Below are positions 36,819-46,284 of a stretch of 64,000 nt of DNA, one piece after another. This stretch comes from ANME-2 cluster archaeon (GTDB taxonomy: Archaea > Halobacteriota > Methanosarcinia > Methanosarcinales > Methanocomedenaceae). Below the pieces are notes generated by a model, which saw only the letters and a list, made by a program, of their open reading frames with translations, was not told the DNA's origin and did not search any database. The DNA is taken from positions 7,597 to 71,596 of the forward strand of contig JAHYIS010000004.1 of the NCBI GenBank assembly GCA_019429385.1. Direction: 5' to 3'. A program made the translations under genes and the position numbers. The first letter of the stretch is position 1. Each line of letters begins with the position of its first letter.

Positions 36819-37877
36819 CTATGAATTATCATCTGACGAATCGTCATCTTTTTCTTCATGGTCTTCTTTTGTGTCGTCACTGTAGTTTTTGTCATCGTTT
36901 TTGTATTCATCTTCATCACCTTCATCATCACTGTCATCGGATTCGTCTTCATCGTCTGATTCATCCTTATCGTCAGATTGATAGTGGTCAGATTCTTTTA
37001 GGTCATCCTTCAGCTCATCTACCAGGTCATCAGCCTGTTCTGCCAGTTCTTTTGCATTCTCATATTCACCGGCATCAAAAGCTGTTTGGGCTTGCGCAAG
37101 CAGATCTTTAATCTCATTCACTGTGCTGTTAACCGGAGTGACATTCATAGCGTTATACTTTTTTAGAGTTTTGTTCAGGTCGTTTTTCGTATCTCGTATT
37201 TCTTCGAGTGCCTTCTTTCGCTGTTTCTCTGTTATGCCCAGTCCATCCTTGATTTTGTCCTCGACCTCGTCACCGTCTTTTCCAGACTCTGTTTTGATCT
37301 TTATCTTGGTCTTACTCTTTTCGTTCTCAATCTCTATCTTGACTTCTCCGGTCTGGCCTTCAAGGCTTGCAAGAATGGAATTTATCATTTCCTGCTGTTG
37401 AGCAGTGATATTCCCTTTAACCTTGATATCGATTTTTAATCCGTCCTTTACTACCTTTATCTTATTACTGTGCTCATCGACCTTTTGCTTGACTTTGATC
37501 TCTTTTTCCAGCTTTTTCTCGGAATCGCCGTTCTCAATATTTTTCACATCTGTTTTGAGTTTGCGGAGAATTTCACCATGTCTGTCAGCAGCTTTTTTCA
37601 TAGCTTTGACATCACCCTTCTCAGCCATTGCTTTTGCTTCAGCAAGGCGTTCCTCGGCAATCTCCAGTTGTTTTTCAATCTTGTCATCATGGTTCAGGGT
37701 CATGGCGAGTGCCAGGTTGTCGGTTGCAACATCCAGGAAATATAATACACTATCCGGTGTCGTACCCGGGTCAGTCAATGGGGTTTCATTCTCTTCTGCC
37801 ATTGCCGGTACTGACAATAACATCAGCACCATGGCGATTATACTTACAATCCGTAATTTCATTATTAGTTCCTCCAA
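36819..37877 (-). CDS. secreted coiled-coil protein with highly acidic D/E/S-rich C-terminal tail
   Basis: It has the signal MKLRIVSIIAMVLMLLSVPAMA. The N-terminal PGTTPDSVLYFLDV...AEERLAEAKAMAEKGD helix bundle resembles DUF5667, though this is tentative. The C-terminus reads DDKDESDDEDESDDSDDEGDEDE. Confidence 0.6.
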   Translation of the reverse strand: MEELIMKLRIVSIIAMVLMLLSVPAMAEENETPLTDPGTTPDSVLYFLDVATDNLALAMTLNHDDKIEKQLEIAEERLAEAKAMAEKGDVKAMKKAADRHGEILRKLKTDVKNIENGDSEKKLEKEIKVKQKVDEHSNKIKVVKDGLKIDIKVKGNITAQQQEMINSILASLEGQTGEVKIEIENEKSKTKIKIKTESGKDGDEVEDKIKDGLGITEKQRKKALEEIRDTKNDLNKTLKKYNAMNVTPVNSTVNEIKDLLAQAQTAFDAGEYENAKELAEQADDLVDELKDDLKESDHYQSDDKDESDDEDESDDSDDEGDEDEYKNDDKNYSDDTKEDHEEKDDDSSDDNS

Positions 37878-37966
37878 GGATTTTACTTGTATTGTTATTG
37901 GGTCATTTGTACCCGGATTTATTTAGTACTTTCATGTAACAGAGGGAAACCAGCCTGAAACAAGGT

Positions 37967-38251
37967 GAAACAAACAATAGCTGATACAAAACCGAAACAA
38001 AGTGCAGTAAGACAGAACAAGGGAAAACAACTAAAAGGAGATACAAATCCGGAGCGAGGTGAGGTAAGACACAACATGATGAAACAAACAAAAGGAGATA
38101 CAAACCTGAAGCGAGGTGAGGTAAGACACAACATGATGAAACAAACAAAAGGAGATACAAACCTGAAGCGAGGTGAGGTAAGACACAACATGATGAAACA
38201 AACAAAACGGGATGCAAACCTTGAGTGAAGTAAGGTAAAGTAAAGTAAAGT
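37967..38251. repeat. about 5 x 57-bp tandem repeat (two central copies identical)
   Basis: The unit is gaaacaaacaaaaggagatacaaacctgaagcgaggtgaggtaagacacaacatgat. Copies at 38081-38137 and 38138-38194 are identical. Flanking copies (37967, 38024, 38195) are progressively diverged. The array ends in (taaag)n. Confidence 0.9.
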
Positions 38252-38284
38252 AAATGAAGGAAAAAACGAATCGGGTTCTATTTG

Positions 38285-39226
38285 TTATTTATCAGCCAGA
38301 TTCAAATCTTCCTGTTCTGTAACAAGGTGTATCTTGTTGGTATTACCCCATGCTTCCTTCCTGATAACGCCCCGCTTTTCCAGACTCTGTAACACCCTGC
38401 TCACTTTGACCTTGGAAAAACCGCTTCCCACCTGTATCTGCTTCTGCCACATTACATGGCCGTCAGCCTTTTCCAGCAGGTCAACGACCACCTTTTCATG
38501 TTCCACCAGTGCCGGGTAGCTCACTGTTACGGCCGTATCTTCCCGTCCCCTCTTTTTATAATAATTTCGATACCCTGCACCGAACAGGATCAACAATGAC
38601 AGTGTTCCAATAAGCAACGGGATAGCAGAACCCGAGGCACTGGTGGGTTCCATCATGACAGATATCTCAAAAACACTGTCCACATTCCTCTGTTCCCAAA
38701 GCAGGATTATCCGTTGCCCGTCAGAATAGATAGATCCTGGTTCCGGGTGGATAAAAAAAGATACCTCTTTTTCATCAGGAATAATGTATCCAACAGGCAG
38801 TTTTAGAATATAGTTGAATTTTGAAGTATTGTATGATGGAATGAATTCTGAATTGTACATTACCTTGTCCTGAAGTTCAAAAATCGGGTAGTCAGTATGG
38901 TACGTTATAGTAATGAAATGTTTTTTTAAAGAGTTATCCGGAAGCTTGATTGTCAGCATTGAATATCCCTTCTTTTCATCCAGTACGTAGTTGCTCCTGT
39001 TCTCATCAATGAACACCTGAAGTCTTTCAGTTCTTGGAGGTAAGTTCAGGATAATTTCCTCTACAGTTCCCGACATGCTCAACAGGGCATTGATCTCATG
39101 GAATGAATCTTCCGGGTCCATCACAACGGTATGGGTATAGGTGTCAAAAATAACGTCCCCGGAAGCATGAACCGGGCCTGTAAGAAGTACAATAAGCGCG
39201 AAATAAAATAAGATATTGTATCTCAT
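38285..39226 (-). CDS. membrane-anchored protein with extracytoplasmic domain, TM and C-terminal winged-helix domain (same architecture as 35323..36315)
   Basis: It has an N-terminal signal, the TM IPLLIGTLSLLILFGAGY, and the C-terminus VVDLLEKADGHVMWQKQIQVGSGFSKVKVSRVLQSLEKRGVIRKEAWGNTNKIHL. Confidence 0.65.
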   Translation of the reverse strand: MRYNILFYFALIVLLTGPVHASGDVIFDTYTHTVVMDPEDSFHEINALLSMSGTVEEIILNLPPRTERLQVFIDENRSNYVLDEKKGYSMLTIKLPDNSLKKHFITITYHTDYPIFELQDKVMYNSEFIPSYNTSKFNYILKLPVGYIIPDEKEVSFFIHPEPGSIYSDGQRIILLWEQRNVDSVFEISVMMEPTSASGSAIPLLIGTLSLLILFGAGYRNYYKKRGREDTAVTVSYPALVEHEKVVVDLLEKADGHVMWQKQIQVGSGFSKVKVSRVLQSLEKRGVIRKEAWGNTNKIHLVTEQEDLNLADK

Positions 39227-39284
39227 ATAACTTGATTCATTATCATATGGGATACAATATAATGTTTCTGGCCATAATTACCTG

Positions 39285-40466
39285 TTATTTCAAAATGTCC
39301 CTGTACGGGTATTTTGACCTGGACCCTTCCGGGATATGGTCCAGGTTGATGAGGAACTGTGGATCCTGCATCATGCACAGATTCCTGCGTTCCTTGAAAT
39401 CCTTCAGTGACCGAACCGTTTTCCATGCGCCTGACAGTCCATTTTCATCCAATATATTCCCGAACTCAAAGGGCATGTAAGGACATGCTTTTACTCCCCC
39501 ATCCACGCAAACATGTGCCCAGCGCCTTCCTGCCATGCAGCCCAGCATCTCACCTTCAAAGAAGGAGTTTGCGAATACCCTGGGACCGGGGGCAGGCTGG
39601 TTGAGAGTACGGTGCATATCCAGTATCGTTTGCCTGTCCTCTTCTGATATCACCGGGTCACCGGGGCGTTTGGCCACGCTTTCCCAGATACTGAACTCGT
39701 GCACGCCCAGCTCTTTTGCCAGTTCGTACAGACCCGGGAGTTCATGCATGCGGTCCGGTGAGATGTGGGTGGTCATGGTAACCAGCAGTCCGGCATCCAG
39801 GCCCATCTTGATGGCATCAATGGCCCACGTATATGCACCTTCCAGCCGCCTGGTCCGGTCATGTTTGGCCGGATCCGTGCTGTAAATACTTATGAGCAGG
39901 TTATGAAGTCCTGCATCCCTGAGACGGGCTGCTTTTTCCGGCGTCATCTCTGTGCCCGGTGTGAATATATTGACGATGGCCTTATCCTTGTCCACATACT
40001 CAACCAGTTCGAAGATATCATCCCGCAACATAGGGTCACCTTCGGTGAAGGTGATAATAAATGCGCCCATGTCCAGTGCCTGGTCGATGATACCTTTTAT
40101 CTGGTCAGTGGTCATCTCGCCAGTTCCCTCGCTGACCGTGCAGTGCTCACAGTTGCACTTGCACTCCCTGGTTATCTCGATAGATACGGTTTCAGGTACG
40201 TACTTTCCCAGTGCGCAGCTCACTTCAGCCCGTATCAGCCTGTTGAACACCTTACCCGGTATGGGCGGGAGCCAGGTGGATGCGATGAGCGAATCTTCAT
40301 CGACCCGGGCAGGTTTCTCTTCCCGCAGCCGTTCATTGATGCGGTTCAGGGCGGGGCCGCAGGCTATGCTCAAAGGTCCTGTGGCCGTGAGCCGCATACC
40401 TCCGGCAGTTTCCATGTCTACGCTCAGGCCGGGTATTGTGAGTACATTGATATTTTCATGTTCCAT
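39285..40466 (-). CDS. radical SAM protein with C-terminal auxiliary Cys cluster region
   Basis: It has RECKCNCEHC (CxxxCxxC), the GGE-like FTEGDP, and C-terminal Cys residues (CMAGRRWAHVCVDGGVKACPYMP...LCM). Confidence 0.8.
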   Translation of the reverse strand: MEHENINVLTIPGLSVDMETAGGMRLTATGPLSIACGPALNRINERLREEKPARVDEDSLIASTWLPPIPGKVFNRLIRAEVSCALGKYVPETVSIEITRECKCNCEHCTVSEGTGEMTTDQIKGIIDQALDMGAFIITFTEGDPMLRDDIFELVEYVDKDKAIVNIFTPGTEMTPEKAARLRDAGLHNLLISIYSTDPAKHDRTRRLEGAYTWAIDAIKMGLDAGLLVTMTTHISPDRMHELPGLYELAKELGVHEFSIWESVAKRPGDPVISEEDRQTILDMHRTLNQPAPGPRVFANSFFEGEMLGCMAGRRWAHVCVDGGVKACPYMPFEFGNILDENGLSGAWKTVRSLKDFKERRNLCMMQDPQFLINLDHIPEGSRSKYPYRDILK

Positions 40467-40744
40467 GTTGTTGAACTAATATGTTGAAGGAACAATAATC
40501 TTTGTGTCTTCATGTTGTCTAAAATTTTCCAGGTCTGGAGATGGAAAAGAGATTTGTATCAGCATTGCCAATAAATCCATTCTGTCTGATTGACTCGATC
40601 ATAAAAAGGTATCATGTATGTACTACGAAAATATCCTCCCTTCGGCCCGATTAGCTCGAGTATACAAAGTTATACTTTATGTACTATGAAAAAACTGATG
40701 TAGGATGTTTATAAATGCATACGAAATAGTGCTGGTGGATTATC

Positions 40745-42103
40745 ATGACCACAGATATTAAAACAAAAGTCGCAATTGCAAAAAGTGCTTCAATTCCTCT
40801 TGCCGGCCTGCCAGGGCATGTGAAGGACATGGCTCTAAAAGCAATGGCATCGTCATTAGATTTGAACCGGGATAGTATAATCGCTGCCAACAAACAGGAC
40901 GTGGAAGCTGCTGAAAAACTTGCCGGGGAAGGAAAGCTCTCACAGGCTCTTGTGAACAGGCTTAAAGTTGATTCTATCAAAATACAGGAAATGATAAACG
41001 GCATCAATGATGTAATTACTTTCGCGGACCCTGTCGGGAAAACACTGTCTGCTCTTGAACTGGATAAAGGTCTTGAACTATTTCAGGTAAGCTGTCCAAT
41101 CGGCCTGATAGGGGTTATCTTTGAATCGCGCCCCGATGTCATCCCACAGATAATGTCGCTGTGCCTCAAAAGCGGAAATGCCACCATTTTCAAAGGCGGA
41201 AGCGAAGCAGCCCGTTCCAATAGAACGATATTTGACGTGCTGGTGAAGGCTATTGAAAGCATCGAAGAGATGCCCAAAGGAGCATTTGCCCTTATGGAAA
41301 CAAGGGAAGAGGTACATCAGATCCTGAAACTTGACGGTTACCTGAGCCTTCTCATTCCCAGAGGCTCCAACGAGTTCGTGAAGTATATCCAGGACAATAC
41401 ACGGATCCCGGTACTGGGTCATGCTGATGGTATCTGCCATGTATATGTGGACAACGAAGCAGACATCTCAAAAGCGTATGATGTATGTTATGATTCAAAG
41501 GTACAGTACCCTGCAGTCTGCAATGCTATGGAAACCCTTCTTGTGCACAGGGATATCGCACAGGTATTCCTGCCTGAAATGGCGAGGAGATTCAATGATG
41601 CCGGAGTTGAACTTCGCTGTTGTGACCGTTCATTCGAACTCCTGAAGGGGTTGGGATTTTTCAAAGCTGTGCTGCATGCTACTGAAACGGACTGGAGCAC
41701 TGAGTATAATGACCTGGTCCTTTCTATCAAAGTCGTGGATTCACTGGATGATGCCATCCACCATATTAACAGGTACGGGTCACACCACACTGATGCAATA
41801 ATAACTGAGAAGGGCAAGAATGCTGAAACATTCATGGAACGCGTGGATTCATCAAGCGTAATGTGGAATGCTTCCACCCGTTTTGCAGATGGTTTCAGGT
41901 ACGGGAAAGGTGCAGAGGTGGGTATCAGTACGAACAAGATACATGCGCGAGGACCGGTAGGAATGGAAGGATTGTTGATCTATAAATATATCCTTATAGG
42001 GAACGGGGACAGGGTAGCGGACTATACCGGGAAGAATGCCAGGAAGTTCACCCACCAAAAATTGAATACCGGTCTTGCTGATACAATGAAGGGAAAGAGA
42101 TGA
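40745..42103 (+). CDS. proA: gamma-glutamyl phosphate reductase
   Basis: It has the aldehyde dehydrogenase fold pattern. The catalytic Cys context VCNAMETLLVH is typical for ProA. Confidence 0.9.
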   Translation: MTTDIKTKVAIAKSASIPLAGLPGHVKDMALKAMASSLDLNRDSIIAANKQDVEAAEKLAGEGKLSQALVNRLKVDSIKIQEMINGINDVITFADPVGKTLSALELDKGLELFQVSCPIGLIGVIFESRPDVIPQIMSLCLKSGNATIFKGGSEAARSNRTIFDVLVKAIESIEEMPKGAFALMETREEVHQILKLDGYLSLLIPRGSNEFVKYIQDNTRIPVLGHADGICHVYVDNEADISKAYDVCYDSKVQYPAVCNAMETLLVHRDIAQVFLPEMARRFNDAGVELRCCDRSFELLKGLGFFKAVLHATETDWSTEYNDLVLSIKVVDSLDDAIHHINRYGSHHTDAIITEKGKNAETFMERVDSSSVMWNASTRFADGFRYGKGAEVGISTNKIHARGPVGMEGLLIYKYILIGNGDRVADYTGKNARKFTHQKLNTGLADTMKGKR

Positions 42104-42104
42104 T

Positions 42105-43235
42105 ATGACATCTATTGACAGAGCGGACCTTTTCAGGGACATTAACAGGATAGTTATTAAGATAGGCACTTCATCCCTGTCCAATGAGGACGGCAGTTTC
42201 AATACACAGTTGACCGAGAACATTGCATCGCAGGTGGCAAAACTCCAGGAACAGGGAAAAACCGTTATCATTGTAAGTTCCGGAGCCATCGGGATAGGGG
42301 TTGACCTGCTTAAATTGAAAACGCGTCCGCGGGAAATTCCCATTCGGCAGGCAGCCGCCGCAGTCGGGCAAAATGTCCTTATGCGGGAATGGCGCACAGC
42401 GTTTGAAAAATTCGGTATTAATGTTGCCCAGATGCTCCTGACCTATGAAAATTTCTCGAACAGGTTGACCTACCTGAACCTCCGCAACAGTATTAACGAA
42501 CTCCTGGAGTTTGGCGTGGTCCCCATCATAAATGAGAATGACCCTGTCTGTGTCCACGAGATAGAAGCAACGTTCGGTGACAATGACAAACTGTCTGCAA
42601 TGGTGGCAAGCAAGGTTGAAGCGGGACTTTTGATAATGCTGTCGGATATTGATGGGCTGTATGATAAGAATCCCAAAAAGAACGGGAATGCAAAACTCAT
42701 CAGTACCATTGAAAAGATAACTCCTGAAATTGAGAAATGTGCCGGTAGTCCTACAAGCATGAAAGGCGTCGGCGGGATGAGGACCAAGATCGAAGCTGCC
42801 AGGATTGCCTGCATGGCTGGCTGTCATATGGTGATAGCGAACAGTAATGAGGAAAATGCTATCCAGAGAATTATAGCTGGTGGGGAGATAGGGACCTTGT
42901 TCCTTGCCCCGAACGGCAAATACCGGAACAGGACGCGCTGGATCATCCTGTCAAGAGCGGCTGGAAAGCTCATTGTGGATACAGGCGCACAAAATGCCAT
43001 TCAACAGAAAAGAGGGTTGTTACCATCTGGTATCCTTGAGGTGTCCGGGATTTTTGACAGGGGTGATATCATCGAGATCGAATGCGATGGGACGGTATTT
43101 GCAAAGGGTATTACTGATTATACCTCCCAGGAGCTTGGCAGGATAAAGGGAAAGCATTCTGGTGCCATCGAGGAAGTGCTTGGATACAAGAATTATGATG
43201 AGGTAATTCGAAAAACGAATCTGGGATTATTATAA
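42105..43235 (+). CDS. proB: glutamate 5-kinase with PUA domain
   Basis: It has IVIKIGTSSL at the N-terminus, VSSGAIG, and a C-terminal PUA-like segment. Confidence 0.9.
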   Translation: MTSIDRADLFRDINRIVIKIGTSSLSNEDGSFNTQLTENIASQVAKLQEQGKTVIIVSSGAIGIGVDLLKLKTRPREIPIRQAAAAVGQNVLMREWRTAFEKFGINVAQMLLTYENFSNRLTYLNLRNSINELLEFGVVPIINENDPVCVHEIEATFGDNDKLSAMVASKVEAGLLIMLSDIDGLYDKNPKKNGNAKLISTIEKITPEIEKCAGSPTSMKGVGGMRTKIEAARIACMAGCHMVIANSNEENAIQRIIAGGEIGTLFLAPNGKYRNRTRWIILSRAAGKLIVDTGAQNAIQQKRGLLPSGILEVSGIFDRGDIIEIECDGTVFAKGITDYTSQELGRIKGKHSGAIEEVLGYKNYDEVIRKTNLGLL

Positions 43236-43439
43236 GCCACATACCTTAATGACTTTCGTTTTTTCTTGATTAGTTATCGTACTTTACTCTCGTTTCTCTT
43301 TTCTTGAATAGTTAGAGCCCTGACGCTGGAGTGTCCTTAAGCCATCCGGACACCAACAAATATTTGCCTGTCCACGTATTCAGCCCGACGGGCTGTATAC
43401 GTTTGCGGCTCGCTACTGGCCTGAGTAGGAGTAATAGCA

Positions 43440-43513
43440 TGGGCCCACGGCGATTTGAACGCCGGACCTCACGGTTATCAGCCGTGCGCACCACCTGGCT
43501 ATGCTATGGGCCC
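43440..43513 (-). tRNA. tRNA-Ile (anticodon GAU)
   Basis: The hand-folded cloverleaf has acceptor GGGCCCA/TGGGCCC and D arm GCAT/GTGC. The anticodon arm is CACGG-CTGATAA-CCGTG and the T arm is CGGCG-TTCAAAT-CGCCG. The discriminator is A and no CCA is encoded. Confidence 0.9.
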
Positions 43514-43803
43514 TTGGTAAAATTGGTTGCTGCGTGGTGCTTGCAACGACTTTTCTGATGTCCGGCTTTGTATTTTAATGTTTTGATTGAAGAGGAACAA
43601 TAAATTATTTACCCTCGATGGCAACCCGCAGTACTGCTGCAGTATTCTCTTGTCAAGTATCAGGTATGGATCATATATTGTGTATATGGCGTAATTTGGA
43701 TTTTTACACAGATATATACATTTATATTTCATTACGGTAATGCTTTGTCCTATCAAAGTGATGACCAAAGATGGCATAGTATCTGCCAAAATGGTATACA
43801 ATC

Positions 43804-45387
43804 ATGGAAATTTGTAATGAGGAGATATGTTTGGGTTCTAAAATGAAACAACAGAAATCAAAACGATCGAAAGCAGAAGCGCAGAAGGTTCGATCAAATT
43901 CCTTTTTTAGCAACAATGAAATGTTACTTTTTATAAGGAAGAATTCAGGTTCCATCTCATTCTCATTGATACTTCTGCTAGCAATTATCCTACGATTGTA
44001 TCATCTCGGTCATGAATCAATTTGGATGGATGAAGCCTTTAGTATCAATATGGCCTCCAATAGCATATCTCACATCATAGAAACGTACGGGAACGATGTC
44101 CATCCTCCCTTTTATTATGTACTATTGCATTTCGTAATGCTGTTTGGCAATTCAGAATTCATGGTCAGGATGCCATCTGCCATATTCGGTATACTTACTA
44201 TTCCTTTACTATATATAACGGGTAAAAAATTCTTTACCTTTAGAGAAGGATTGATAAGTGCATTCCTCCTGTCGATTTCATATTATCATATTTATTATTC
44301 CCAGGAAGCGCGAATGTATACACTACTTACATTTTCTTTTCTAGCTTCATTTTATTGTTTCTATCGGGCATGTGAGCATAAAAATAATCTTATCTTTTTT
44401 ATTGGTTATATTTTATTTACATTAATGAGCATTTATACCCATTATTTTGGTTTTTTTATTCTGCCTATCACGATATTGTACATTCTCACATCAAAGGTTT
44501 TATTTAAAAAAATTACCCTTGATATAAAAAGCCTGCACAGAATGTTACTCAGTTGTATCGTTATCACGGTATCAGTAATCCCTCTTGTTCTTATTTTTTT
44601 TAATCAGATCAACAATAAAGTAGGAGGGGAAGTGGCCTGGGGTACCAGTCCGGCTAATCTGTTCATAAAATTATTAGTACGTTTCAGTACCCTTGCCCCC
44701 TCTACCTCCCTCTTGTTTTCATTATTATTTGTTCTTGGTGCCTTGATATCTTTGAAAAATAACAAGAACCAATTCATCCTCATGGGAATATGGTTCGCAC
44801 TTCCTATTGTAGTAAGTTATTATCTGGCCTCCATAATGCCTTTTGAGACCAGATATCTGATCATCTTATTACCTGCTTTCCTTCTCTTTATTGCAAGGGG
44901 GATTACTGGTACGACAGAATATCTGTTCCCTATAAGGCAGGAAAAAAGAATAAAGTCCACTACAGGGAACGTAGAGAACAATCGAAATGTCTTTATTATT
45001 CTTATCCTGCTTTTGTTTAGCTTGGTAAGCTATGGCCCCCTCCATGAATACTATTCCGACAACCTGAAACCTGACTGGAGAGATGCAGCATCGTTCCTTG
45101 AACACAACACAAATGATGGAGATGTTGTAATTCCACTTCCGGGTTCTGAAACTGGTGCCATGGCATATTATTATGACAATTCTTCGTATGGGACATATAT
45201 TGAGGTCATACCAGGCACCATTGATGCACTGGAAGATATCATCGCAACCAACAGGACCTATACGGTATGGATTGTCATGTCAACAGATATCCAGGTAGTC
45301 GACCCTGGAGGTGAAGTAGTGAGATGGCTCGTGAATAATGCAAATCTGGAAAAAACCGATCCTATGATCTTGATATTCTCTGCATAA
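43804..45387 (+). CDS. GT-C fold glycosyltransferase (family 39 / ArnT-PMT-like)
   Basis: It has many TM segments, the first-loop DE motif (SIWMDEAFS) and a C-terminal soluble domain. The gene is AT-rich. The start could be the downstream ATG (MKQQKSK). Confidence 0.7.
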   Translation: MEICNEEICLGSKMKQQKSKRSKAEAQKVRSNSFFSNNEMLLFIRKNSGSISFSLILLLAIILRLYHLGHESIWMDEAFSINMASNSISHIIETYGNDVHPPFYYVLLHFVMLFGNSEFMVRMPSAIFGILTIPLLYITGKKFFTFREGLISAFLLSISYYHIYYSQEARMYTLLTFSFLASFYCFYRACEHKNNLIFFIGYILFTLMSIYTHYFGFFILPITILYILTSKVLFKKITLDIKSLHRMLLSCIVITVSVIPLVLIFFNQINNKVGGEVAWGTSPANLFIKLLVRFSTLAPSTSLLFSLLFVLGALISLKNNKNQFILMGIWFALPIVVSYYLASIMPFETRYLIILLPAFLLFIARGITGTTEYLFPIRQEKRIKSTTGNVENNRNVFIILILLLFSLVSYGPLHEYYSDNLKPDWRDAASFLEHNTNDGDVVIPLPGSETGAMAYYYDNSSYGTYIEVIPGTIDALEDIIATNRTYTVWIVMSTDIQVVDPGGEVVRWLVNNANLEKTDPMILIFSA

Positions 45388-45539
45388 GGTAATGATTTAA
45401 AGAGAAAGGTCGAAAACCACAGAATATTTCACAATAATTTGAAGTGTTTAAAAACGAACTACAGAAAATAGTATAAGCTGCGGTCTATACCGCAGCCCTG
45501 ATATATTTCCAGAAAAATTACGAACCCTGTTTATTGAGT

Positions 45540-46115
45540 TTATTGTTTTCCTTCGATGGCAGTCAGCAGCACCGCAGCGGCAATACCAAGTCTTCTGTCA
45601 AGCAAGTTGCCGGTATCAGGGGAAAAATCCAGGTTGATCTTCATCACAAATGGATTAAAATTCTGCTTGAATGTACACACCAGTGAATCCCCCATATATC
45701 CATGATATGTTTGGGGGATGATGCTTGTTATAAACCGCCTGAACAGGGCAAAGAATGTGCTGTCTTCCTTTATACGGCCAATCTCCTGGTCACTGGCATC
45801 CATGAGAATCCACTCGTCTTTCATTATGGATTTGAAACCTTTCCGCTTTAATACACCCACTTTCTCATTTGTCGTGGGGTCCGACACATCGTATGCTGCT
45901 GAAAAATCCAGGATCTTCCTGGCCTGGATGACCAGGACCTCTTCCTGCATGTCTTCACCGGTATACACACGAATATCTTCCTTCATCTTGAAGGCTTTCA
46001 ACTTTGAATAGAAAACAACATTTCCGGCAGGGTCATAGATATGAAATGCTGCACCGAATAGTTTCAGTATTTTCCGGCGGACGAGGTATGTTGAGTGTTC
46101 AAATCGTTCTGTCAT
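45540..46115 (-). CDS. scramblase/LURP-one (tubby C-terminal-like) family protein, tentative
   Basis: The pattern YLVRRKILKLFGAAFHIYDPAGNVVFYSKLKAFKMKEDIRVY resembles the DUF567/scramblase fold. This was not verified. Confidence 0.45.
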   Translation of the reverse strand: MTERFEHSTYLVRRKILKLFGAAFHIYDPAGNVVFYSKLKAFKMKEDIRVYTGEDMQEEVLVIQARKILDFSAAYDVSDPTTNEKVGVLKRKGFKSIMKDEWILMDASDQEIGRIKEDSTFFALFRRFITSIIPQTYHGYMGDSLVCTFKQNFNPFVMKINLDFSPDTGNLLDRRLGIAAAVLLTAIEGKQ

Positions 46116-46284
46116 TTTTCATCACCTATTATTTTTCAGAATGAAGTCTCCTGACAATATCTGAAAATGGATCGTAGCAGGAACATAGTGTATAATGTTC
46201 CTCTTCTAAAATAAATATATTTCTGTTGAATGTGATAGTTATAAAGTCCAGCACGTGTTGATCTAATATATGCTCTAACATGCC

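Noticed and set aside
37123-37926. Plus-strand Ser/Phe-rich ORFs.
   Set aside because: They are the antisense of the K/E/D-rich coiled-coil gene. Such low-complexity mirror ORFs are expected from that composition.
37903-38228. ORFs translating the 57-bp array (37903-38217, 37919-38191, 37965-38228).
   Set aside because: The same reasoning applies. They are repeat-generated open frames on both strands with no independent coding evidence.
39765-40487. 240-aa and 175-aa plus-strand ORFs.
   Set aside because: They are antisense to the radical SAM gene, whose motifs are unambiguous.
42171-42827. A 218-aa minus-strand ORF.
   Set aside because: It is antisense to proB.
43312-43558. Short ORFs (60 and 75 aa) over the tRNA-Ile locus.
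   Set aside because: They overlap a well-folded tRNA gene and its structured flank.
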